Virus record (IMG/VR): IMGVR_UViG_2698536485_000014
DNA from: a virus
Lineage: Duplodnaviria; Heunggongvirae; Uroviricota; Caudoviricetes
Length of the DNA: 13,543 bases
Direction: 5' to 3' (one strand)
A program made the translations under genes and the position numbers. Under the pieces are notes generated by a model. The model saw only the letters and a list, made by a program, of their open reading frames with translations, did not search any database and was not told the DNA's origin. How positions within the stretch are numbered: the first letter of the stretch is position 1; each line of letters opens with the position of its first letter. This document shows, piece after piece, positions 6,886 through 13,543 of this stretch.

Positions 6886-7269
6886 ATGAATATTGAAGAA
6901 ATGATAGTTGAATTCGAAGAGGGTGATTTCCTGGAAGATGGGGAGTTTAGTTACTCCCATTTTAAACAGGCGTTATTTAGCAGCGATGATAAACCACACG
7001 TTAGTGATCTTAACGACGATGATTTATGTCGTTGGGTGTGCACCCGCTTATATGAGGATGGAAAATATACAGGCCAAAACTTTCCAAATCTCTATTTCAA
7101 AGCACAAACATTTGAGGAAGGGCAAAGAGTGAAAAACCTGGTCGATCAAATGCTGTCAGCCGGATATTTGCATAAAGAATTATTAAATCCTAAAGCTGAA
7201 AGCAAGCGCCATTATATTTTTGTGTGGACTATTGGCGATAAGTGTCCACTAAGACGCAAAGGCAAATGA
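6886..7269 (+). CDS. Hypothetical acidic protein (127 aa)
   Basis: GAGAGGA Shine-Dalgarno 7 nt before ATG 6886. Acidic N-terminus. Second gene upstream of the tape-measure gene. Confidence 0.5.
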   Translation: MNIEEMIVEFEEGDFLEDGEFSYSHFKQALFSSDDKPHVSDLNDDDLCRWVCTRLYEDGKYTGQNFPNLYFKAQTFEEGQRVKNLVDQMLSAGYLHKELLNPKAESKRHYIFVWTIGDKCPLRRKGK

Positions 7270-7270
7270 T

Positions 7271-7507
7271 ATGAACACCTACGAAAAGATTTATCAAAAA
7301 CTGGTTAAGGACTCCGAAGAGACGCCCGAAGGGGTGACAATAGGTCACCTACCAGAGGCAGCGAAAGAGGGGTCCACCATTATTAAAAGTGGCACCCACA
7401 CAGAAGGCCTCTCAATCGAAGAGCTGGCGGAGAAATATAATATTGATAAAGAGGCCCTGAAAAGGGCTATTTCATTATCAAAATCTTTAAGACAGGGTGA
7501 GGTATAA
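7271..7507 (+). CDS. Hypothetical protein (78 aa)
   Basis: ATG 7271 lies 1 nt after the upstream TGA. The gene ends 1 nt before the tape-measure start, so the three genes are tightly packed. Confidence 0.5.
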   Translation: MNTYEKIYQKLVKDSEETPEGVTIGHLPEAAKEGSTIIKSGTHTEGLSIEELAEKYNIDKEALKRAISLSKSLRQGEV

Positions 7508-7508
7508 A

Positions 7509-9608
7509 ATGGCAATGAAGGAAGTAGCCAAACTAACAAACGTTATTTACTGGGATTCTGATAAATCCTCCTGGCGAAAAGAAGTTAAACGGCTTGAGGA
7601 TTATAAAAAATCCTGGAAGAAAGCTACCGACGATATAGCTAAAGCGGATTTTAAATCGAATCAGGCTGTGCTCAGAACACAAAGAACACGCGCTAAGGTG
7701 GAAGAGCAGATCGCCAGAGCACAGAAGAAACAACGTGCTCAGGCTGTCAGCCGTCTGACCGGGGGCAATAATCCGGAGCTCTCCTCTATGCGCAAGTTCT
7801 ATCAGCAGCAAGCCAGAGAGGCCGCCAGACAACAAAAACTGTTAGATCGTAGTGTTGGAGATGTTCAGCACAGAAAAGCACGTGTAGGGGCCAACAGTGC
7901 ACGAATCAGCAGCATGTTTGATGGCTCCCTGGTTGCTCAGTTCCAAAGCAGGATCCAGAGAGTTAATGCTGATTATGCTAAAGGGGCTATCAACCTGCAG
8001 GCCTATAATCAGAAAATGGCTCGGCTCAGGGCTGAAATGAAGATGGCAACAGCAGAGGCCGGAAAATTTCAGAGCAGACTGGATAAACTGGCATCAGGTG
8101 CCAGCAAGGTGCATGACAACCTGGGCAAAATCAACTCCACACTAGGCAAGATAGCCATTGGCCTTACTGCCGCTGGCTGGGGTGTTCAGCGTGCTGTTAG
8201 TGGTGCTATGGGTAGCCTTGCAGATCGCAACAGTGCCTACTTCGGTTTGATGGCACAGAACAAGGATGATAAAGCCAAGACTGATCAGCAGATGGCTTTT
8301 ATCAAGAACACAGCCTACACCTATGGGATGGATGAGCGGGAGATGCAAGGGGGCTACATGCGCTTTGCTGCAGCTACTCCCACCATGAAGGAATCTGATA
8401 AGCAGGCTCTTTTTGAGGCTATGGCTATTAAAGGTCGCTCAGTGGGTGCTACTGGCGAGCAACAGAACAGGGCGCTTGTTGCGGTCCAACAAATGGCTTC
8501 AAAGGGAAAAGTTATGGCGGAAGAGCTGCGGGGCCAACTGTCAGAAGCCTTTGCAGGCTCACAACAGGATTTTCAACAGGCCGCTATTGATGCCGGAATC
8601 ATCAAGAATACCCAGGAATTCGATAAAGCCCTTAAAGATGGCAAAATCACCCTGGATAAGCTACTCCCTTCTTTGGTGAAAATCTGGTCTGCAGCCAAGA
8701 ATACGAAAGCCTTTGCTGAATCCATGAAACAGCCAGAAGTAGCAATGCAGCGCATGAAAAACAGCTTTAACGAGCTGGCGATTCAGTTTATGGGTGTTGT
8801 GGATCCTGCGGATGGCGTTATTAGCTTATCTGAATCTCTGATCTCCATCTTTGAAGACCTCACCACTGATATGGACGGCAGCGGGAGCGCGGCAAAACAG
8901 TTCGGTGAGGCAGTCGGGGCTGCCATGCGTGAGATCATGTATTGGGTAGGCTTCGCTAAGGGATATATTGAGGTCAAGGCTAAAGAGTTCGGCATGACCG
9001 GATCAGAGGTTGGCGAGCTTATCGGAAAATTGGTAGTCGGCTTAGCTGGTCTGAAAGTTATTACTACACTGCTTTCCCCTCTAACCGGATTTGTTTCACT
9101 TGTCACCCAACTGATAGCTTTGTTAGGTAAAATCCCTGGTATGAGCAAGCTTCTGGCTTCTGCCTCAGGTGGAACGGCAACAGGAGCAGCGGTCATCAGT
9201 GCAGGCTCTAACGCTGAAAGAAGTTTCATTGATGGCAAGACGCAGGAAATGAGTAAGGAGAACTCAAAACAGGGTGCTTTGTTTGAGCTGGGAAGATTTG
9301 TTAGCAATGCTGGCGCACTGTTCACACCTGGCGGTGATACTGGTCCTTTGTTCGATCAGGTCAGAGGCTGGTTTAATAAAGGGCCAACATTGACAGTAGA
9401 CACTGGCATCAGACCTACACCAACAGGCGGCATAGCTATCCAGAATGGTGGATATCAACCAGTCCAAGTAAATGTAGCCCCACAAGGTGAGATTTCCGGC
9501 AAATGGGAGATAACCATTGATGAGGGTGGAATTGCCAGGGTGATCCAGAAGGAAGTCAGCGATCAGTTGGATTGGAAAGCCACACAGGAATCTAACCAGC
9601 TTTTCTAA
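7509..9608 (+). CDS. Tail tape-measure-domain protein (699 aa)
   Basis: GGTGAGG Shine-Dalgarno 6 nt before ATG 7509; the track start 7497 is a GTG. Coiled-coil, Q/R/K-rich N-terminus. Central segment ...QQMASKGKVMAEELRGQLSEAFAGS...KALKDGKITLDKLLPSL... matches my recollection of the conserved tape-measure domain motif. Hydrophobic segments (LIGKLVVGLAGLKVITTLLSPLTGFVSLVTQLIALLG) and a Gly-rich C-terminus are also typical. Confidence 0.6.
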   Translation: MAMKEVAKLTNVIYWDSDKSSWRKEVKRLEDYKKSWKKATDDIAKADFKSNQAVLRTQRTRAKVEEQIARAQKKQRAQAVSRLTGGNNPELSSMRKFYQQQAREAARQQKLLDRSVGDVQHRKARVGANSARISSMFDGSLVAQFQSRIQRVNADYAKGAINLQAYNQKMARLRAEMKMATAEAGKFQSRLDKLASGASKVHDNLGKINSTLGKIAIGLTAAGWGVQRAVSGAMGSLADRNSAYFGLMAQNKDDKAKTDQQMAFIKNTAYTYGMDEREMQGGYMRFAAATPTMKESDKQALFEAMAIKGRSVGATGEQQNRALVAVQQMASKGKVMAEELRGQLSEAFAGSQQDFQQAAIDAGIIKNTQEFDKALKDGKITLDKLLPSLVKIWSAAKNTKAFAESMKQPEVAMQRMKNSFNELAIQFMGVVDPADGVISLSESLISIFEDLTTDMDGSGSAAKQFGEAVGAAMREIMYWVGFAKGYIEVKAKEFGMTGSEVGELIGKLVVGLAGLKVITTLLSPLTGFVSLVTQLIALLGKIPGMSKLLASASGGTATGAAVISAGSNAERSFIDGKTQEMSKENSKQGALFELGRFVSNAGALFTPGGDTGPLFDQVRGWFNKGPTLTVDTGIRPTPTGGIAIQNGGYQPVQVNVAPQGEISGKWEITIDEGGIARVIQKEVSDQLDWKATQESNQLF

Positions 9609-9619
9609 TATTGTGATCT

Positions 9620-9635
9620 AAATCAATAAGTTAGC
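9620..9635. repeat. 16-bp exact direct repeat, right copy (AAATCAATAAGTTAGC)
   Basis: Identical to 1966-1981; lies 12 nt after the tape-measure stop codon. Confidence 0.45.
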
Positions 9636-9655
9636 CTGACCGGATAAACTCCAGG

Positions 9656-9690
9656 CAAGAAAAAAGCCCCTAAGTGTTAACAAAGGGGCT
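9656..9690 (-). terminator. Rho-independent terminator on the minus strand
   Basis: Stem AGCCCCT (9665-9671) pairs with AGGGGCT (9684-9690) around a 12-nt loop. On the minus strand the stem is followed by TTTTTCTTG. On the plus strand no T-run follows. Confidence 0.45.
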
Positions 9691-9719
9691 CTTCTCCGGT
9701 ATCCTTTTGATGCGGGGCG

Positions 9720-9767
9720 AACCTGCTAACAAAAATCAACCTCTCGCGAGACTAATGTTAGCAGGTT
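9720..9767. repeat. 12-bp perfect inverted repeat with 24-nt loop
   Basis: AACCTGCTAACA (9720-9731) pairs with TGTTAGCAGGTT (9756-9767). The loop contains the palindrome TCTCGCGAGA and a degenerate copy of the leader box (TCAACCTCTCGCGAG). Confidence 0.5.
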
Positions 9768-10108
9768 GCCGGAAGGTAAGTCAACTCCGGCCTATAAACC
9801 TTAAAGCGACTATAAAATCGCCCCGCCAATTGTGATGATCCGACCTTTGAGGCGGGTCCGGTGCCCAGGGGGTGCAGTGATGCACAAACCAGGCAACGAT
9901 AAACAGGCTAACAGTGATAGCGGCGCTCAATCAGCGCACTAAATCCTAACCAGTCCGGGAAAGAGGCTGGCTCTATCGACCGCTCATGCACGGGACAATG
10001 CATACCTGATAAAGGATTCTCACAAGGGACCAATCGCGAGAAAAGAAGTGGAAAGGGGCTGATTTGTGGTGTATCACTACGGCCTCAAAAGAACACTATT
10101 ACCTTTTT

Positions 10109-10567
10109 TCAGCCTCTCCCAACATTTGACCAGTATTTGATTGCACCGATCAAATCATCATAGTGGCGCATTGCATCATTGAAGCCTTTATAGCTTGCCC
10201 ATTGTGGGGAGACTTTGTTATTGCTGAATTGCCCACTAATCAGGATAGTCTCCAAAATGTCGGCGTATCGCTTGCCAATTCGCTTTCTGACGGCCTCAGA
10301 GCTTCCACCCTTTACGATTGCATTAATCAGGGCTTTTGTGTGTCTCAGGCTCTCATAGAGCATTGCAGCGTGGGCAGATTCCATAAAGGAGCGCTTAGGC
10401 AGATCACCCCACCCCTCAGAGTGGATAGCTGCCAGTGTGGCGTAATTCAGGCCGCTATAGTGCTTTCCGTCATCCCAGCCAACCGCTACACCTTCCATCT
10501 GTGAGAGCTCTTTATGCAGCTTATCCATCATGCGCTTGTCTATGGTGCAACGGACTTTCGGACTCAT
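10109..10567 (-). CDS. Hypothetical protein (152 aa), possibly virion morphogenesis-associated
   Basis: GGAG Shine-Dalgarno 8 nt before the minus-strand ATG at 10567. The start overlaps the upstream gene stop as ATGA (10564-10567). Function assigned by position only. Confidence 0.55.
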   Translation of the reverse strand: MSPKVRCTIDKRMMDKLHKELSQMEGVAVGWDDGKHYSGLNYATLAAIHSEGWGDLPKRSFMESAHAAMLYESLRHTKALINAIVKGGSSEAVRKRIGKRYADILETILISGQFSNNKVSPQWASYKGFNDAMRHYDDLIGAIKYWSNVGRG

Positions 10568-11367
10568 TTGTTGATCTCCGTGATGTCATCGAGCAACATG
10601 TTGGCCTTATCAATCATCGTTTCGTGGAACTCATTCGACACAACAGACTTATCACCTGCGGCAATCTTTCCCGCTGCCTCTCCCTGTGCATATTCCCCGC
10701 GATGCTTAGCCCTGGTTGATTTCGTAGCAGCATTGCCAGCGTTACTACCCTCTTTAGCACTGTTAACAGCACCCTTTTGCTGTGTTTTATTCACCTTCTT
10801 ACTGTTAGTGAAAACTCCGGCATTTTCGACCATCTTCACCTTGAAGGTGCGGAATTCTTCAAAAGTGCAATCAATAGTGATGCAGTCACCGGAGGAAGAG
10901 CTACGCTTAACTTCACATTTCGTCATGATGAAGTTCTCAAGAAGTCCGGCATCTTCACTCACCAGGCTAACCAGCTGGCGCTTGTCTCTCATTTCCATAA
11001 GAGCACGCACAGCGGCGGCGGGGCGCATGGATTCAAGGGGATTATCTGGATCAGTGTTCCGGTCGATGTAGTTCTCTTTCCGGATAATGTGAGGGGAAGA
11101 GGTAATAATGCCCGTAAAGCTGACAGATTTATCTTTAATGACGGCATGGTCTGACATGGTGGTGCCATCCTCGACCGCATAGCTCGATTTCTCAACAGGG
11201 AACGAATAGCTGACATCAGAGATAGAGTCAAAGAAGATAGCCACATTATCGGTATAGTTGAAGCCATCCATCATATTTTTGTTTTGTGAATATCCCCCAC
11301 ACATAACAGTGAATGCAGGAGATCTCGACTCAGCTTGTTTTGCAGCTGTCAGAGCATCACTAGCCAT
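10564..11367 (-). CDS. Hypothetical protein (about 268 aa), Ser/Thr/Val-rich with low-complexity C-terminus
   Basis: Preferred start is ATG at 11367, with GGAGG 10 nt upstream. The alternatives are ATG 11376 (too close to the Shine-Dalgarno) and the track TTG at 11421. The composition suggests a beta-rich structural protein; this is an inference. Confidence 0.55.
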   Translation of the reverse strand: MASDALTAAKQAESRSPAFTVMCGGYSQNKNMMDGFNYTDNVAIFFDSISDVSYSFPVEKSSYAVEDGTTMSDHAVIKDKSVSFTGIITSSPHIIRKENYIDRNTDPDNPLESMRPAAAVRALMEMRDKRQLVSLVSEDAGLLENFIMTKCEVKRSSSSGDCITIDCTFEEFRTFKVKMVENAGVFTNSKKVNKTQQKGAVNSAKEGSNAGNAATKSTRAKHRGEYAQGEAAGKIAAGDKSVVSNEFHETMIDKANMLLDDITEINK

Positions 11368-11561
11368 AGTAAACATGCCTCCAAATTGGTCCACTTCATG
11401 GATTTGGCTAAACTCGTGCAAATAGCCCTCGTCTTGAGGGTGTTAAAGCCAAACCTGCAAAAGATGCAGGCAAAATAGAACTTATCGTTGCCCTGCTTAA
11501 AATCTGCAGAAAATACAGGGCAGTTATTCGTTAGAATCGCTTATAGCTCTTCCCGAGAGCG

Positions 11562-11813
11562 TTATTTTGCAAAACGATTATGGGCATTCAGGGCTTTTTT
11601 GCGGTCCTGGGCTTGTTTGCGTGCAATAAAATGTTCGAAAGTCTCGGCCCAGGTGCATTTATTATATTCACGGTATTTATGCATAGCCTGGCGGCTAACG
11701 TCATAGCAGGCGGCAAATGTGGAGATACGCAGGAATTCCGGCAGATCCTCGTCATCGATATGGATAATATCAAAAGGCACGTCGTCACGGTCGCCGTATA
11801 AAACAATTTTCAT
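11562..11813 (-). CDS. Small acidic protein (83 aa) with possible HTH
   Basis: GAGGTG Shine-Dalgarno 8 nt before ATG 11813; the track start 11822 is a GTG. Contains the segment CYDVSRQAMHKYREY. Sits just downstream of the capsid terminator. Confidence 0.45.
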   Translation of the reverse strand: MKIVLYGDRDDVPFDIIHIDDEDLPEFLRISTFAACYDVSRQAMHKYREYNKCTWAETFEHFIARKQAQDRKKALNAHNRFAK

Positions 11814-11845
11814 AAAAGACACCTCAAAAAACTTAAGACGGGGAT

Positions 11846-11910
11846 AATAAAAAAGGGAAGAGGGAAAGACCTATCCCCGATCTCTCACCTCTTCCCTTTG
11901 CTTTTATTTG
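11846..11910 (-). terminator. Terminator/attenuator after the major capsid gene, possibly bidirectional
   Basis: Stem AAAGGGAAGAGG (11852-11863) pairs with CCTCTTCCCTTT (11888-11899) around a 24-nt loop. The minus-strand transcript is followed by TTTATTAT; the plus strand is followed by GCTTTTATTT. Confidence 0.5.
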
Positions 11911-11927
11911 GCCTTCGAAGAAGGACC

Positions 11928-12971
11928 TTATTTAGCCTTGGCTTTTGCCAGAGCGGCGGCGGAGTTACTAACACTCACTTTAATCACAACTTCAGGCATC
12001 ATGTTCATGAAAGCATAAGAGGATTCAATGAAGATTTCTCGTTTACCTCTGGACTCTTCCATATACATGAAAGCTTCACGTGCAGCGCCGTTTGCAAGCT
12101 TCAGGTTGCGAGCGCAAGGGCCGAAAAATTGAGTATAAACGCCCACCATATCGCCTAACGCATGCGGCTGGAACTGTGGGACCAGATAAGCAGTATTCTC
12201 TGGCAGACTATCCATTTGCACCACACGCAGAGCTAAGCCCGGAATGCGGAAGGTCGGGAAGCCCGGCAGAATATCCTCAGGGAACATCAGACCTTTGTCG
12301 GTAATATTCTGATTGCCGAACAACAGCACTTTTCTCAACAGTTCATCAGTCTGAATTGCAGCAAAGAGTTCAGCACGGCAGAACAGGGTGAAACCACGCA
12401 GAGCGCGAACAACACCACGCTGTTTAACCTTGCTCAGTGCAACCAGGTCCTGCAGCTGTTTAAGGATATCTTTAGCTAAATCCACTTCGGAAGTAGTTTG
12501 TTGTGCGCCCAGCAGTTCGCACACATTCAGTTCTTTACCCTTGGTGAGGATAATTTTGTTCTCAAAGAGAGCAAGCTGGCGTGCTTCTTCGTGGGTCTGG
12601 CGTAAGCCTTCGCCAAGCTGAATGACACGACGAGCGGTTACAGACTCTAAATTCTCTTCGGAATCTTTGCCCGGAACACGGATACCCTGCCAGTCAGAAG
12701 GATAAATAGCACTTGATGCGGCAGTGAATGCCATATCACCCGTGCCCGTTTCACGCTCATCTGCGGTAATGGTCGCCATCTGTTCACCGTAGCGCGGATA
12801 CTGACCGAAAGCGGTTTGTTTCACCTGGCGAACTTTGTCATATTCAAATTTAAAGGTATTGCACAGAGCAGTAGTGTTGAAGATATCCATTGCTGAAATA
12901 ATCTGGTTATCCAGCGGGATGTCTTTAATCAGACCACACAGATCGCGAACTTCGAATTCTTTCTTAGCCAT
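11928..12971 (-). CDS. Major capsid protein, lambda gpE-like family (about 347 aa)
   Basis: AAGGAGG Shine-Dalgarno 6 nt before ATG 12971; the track start 12977 is a TTG. Size matches gpE-type capsid proteins. N-terminal FKFEYD and C-terminal PEVVIKVSV segments resemble lambda E as I recall it. It follows a decoration-size gene by 11 nt and is followed by a strong terminator. Confidence 0.6.
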   Translation of the reverse strand: MAKKEFEVRDLCGLIKDIPLDNQIISAMDIFNTTALCNTFKFEYDKVRQVKQTAFGQYPRYGEQMATITADERETGTGDMAFTAASSAIYPSDWQGIRVPGKDSEENLESVTARRVIQLGEGLRQTHEEARQLALFENKIILTKGKELNVCELLGAQQTTSEVDLAKDILKQLQDLVALSKVKQRGVVRALRGFTLFCRAELFAAIQTDELLRKVLLFGNQNITDKGLMFPEDILPGFPTFRIPGLALRVVQMDSLPENTAYLVPQFQPHALGDMVGVYTQFFGPCARNLKLANGAAREAFMYMEESRGKREIFIESSYAFMNMMPEVVIKVSVSNSAAALAKAKAK

Positions 12972-12982
12972 CTTCAACCTCC

Positions 12983-13318
12983 TTATTGTGCAACACGCAA
13001 ATCGCCATTGCTGGCAGCGATAACAGCGGCTAAGCCGTCTTTATCCACGTAGGCCGGATTGATATAACAGCCTTTGTTGGCAACAACGATAAAAGCGTCA
13101 CCAACCTCAGCACGTTCTACAACCAGCAGCGGAGTTTTACCGGTGTGTGTTTCTTTAACGAAGGTCTCAACCTCGCCAGCCTCAGTCACCACAACAACAG
13201 TGCCAGCCGGAATCTCAGCTTTAACTTTGTTTTTAATTTCAACGTCGCGAATACTAAATTGCTCATCTGCGGCGTATGAAATGATGTGTCCGCGTGTGCG
13301 GATAGTCATATCTTTCAT
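12983..13318 (-). CDS. Head decoration-like protein (111 aa)
   Basis: AGGTGA Shine-Dalgarno before ATG 13318. Small Val/Ala/Glu-rich product directly upstream of the capsid gene, in the gpD-gpE arrangement. Its stop codon overlaps the capsid Shine-Dalgarno. Call is by position and size only. Confidence 0.45.
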   Translation of the reverse strand: MKDMTIRTRGHIISYAADEQFSIRDVEIKNKVKAEIPAGTVVVVTEAGEVETFVKETHTGKTPLLVVERAEVGDAFIVVANKGCYINPAYVDKDGLAAVIAASNGDLRVAQ

Positions 13319-13356
13319 TTGATCACCTGCGATTTAAATTAACTCCCCTCAAAGAG

Positions 13357-13473
13357 TTCCGGCATAACCTCTAAAACCACGACAGGATCGGGCCGAAAAG
13401 TTATGCCGGAAATCTAAAGGGAAATTGATACAAGGAGAGGGAGATAGCCCCGCACCGTCCAAGCGGGGGCTAT
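13357..13473. repeat. Two strong hairpins in the leader upstream of the decoration gene
   Basis: 12-bp perfect inverted repeat TTCCGGCATAAC (13357-13368) / GTTATGCCGGAA (13400-13411) with a 31-nt loop. Second hairpin ATAGCCCCGC (13444-13453) / GCGGGGGCTAT (13463-13473) with one bulged base. Confidence 0.4.
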
Positions 13474-13543
13474 TCCACATGGGGAAACCGACAACAGTCG
13501 GATGATAGTTCACAGTATTACGGTTACTAGAGAGCACTATCAC

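Noticed and set aside
6908-7132. 74-aa alternative-frame ORF inside the 6886..7269 gene
   Set aside because: Shadow ORF within a better-supported gene, with no Shine-Dalgarno.
7533-9485. Minus-strand ORFs of 60-180 aa inside the tape-measure gene (for example 8783..9325)
   Set aside because: Antisense shadow ORFs within a long, well-supported plus-strand CDS.
9849-9856. GAGGCGGG, matching part of the P2/P4 cohesive-end sequence as I recall it
   Set aside because: Only an 8-mer, expected by chance in a window this size; flanking bases do not match.
10163-11154. Plus-strand ORFs of 94-185 aa opposite the 152-aa and 268-aa minus-strand genes
   Set aside because: Antisense to translationally coupled minus-strand genes that have good Shine-Dalgarno sequences; likely shadows.
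13349-13543. 64-aa minus-strand ORF at the right edge
   Set aside because: Runs through two strong hairpins, has no Shine-Dalgarno and an implausible sequence; this is the leader or intergenic region upstream of the decoration gene.

Overview
Phage-derived, mosaic accessory DNA with no rRNA, tRNA or CRISPR. All calls are from reading the sequence by eye; no homology search was run, so product names are motif-level hypotheses. Layout: (1) 1-1770: a leftward-firing consensus promoter, a tiny hydrophobic ORF, a small HTH protein gene with an overlapping 8-codon uORF, and a signal-peptide (secreted) protein gene ending in a clean rho-independent terminator. (2) 1770-4420: about 2.65 kb with no credible ORF, which is unusual in phage DNA. 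It holds 11-bp phased AT-rich tandem repeats, a phased array of 15-bp palindromes (CGGTAAAWATTACCG) with two helical-turn spacing, 18-bp direct repeats, and a GC-rich hairpin-dense stretch (3520-4060) with recurring TGTGTGGG boxes. This looks like an origin/centromere-like or structured-RNA locus. (3) 4423-9608: a tight plus-strand module of seven small genes, several with HTH-like motifs, ending in a 699-aa tape-measure-domain protein, with no tube, sheath or canonical frameshifted chaperone genes. One further copy of the palindrome sits inside this module. (4) 9609-10108: a structured intergenic region where the two gene sets converge. (5) 10109-13318: a minus-strand operon with head decoration-like and lambda gpE-like major capsid genes, a terminator, then three unknown genes, two of them coupled by an ATGA overlap. 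A 16-bp exact direct repeat (1966-1981 and 9620-9635) brackets regions 2 and 3 as a roughly 7.6 kb unit. The best candidate for something undescribed is this bracketed unit: a repeat-rich noncoding control region plus a tail-less tape-measure module, which could be a satellite-like or replicon-like element.
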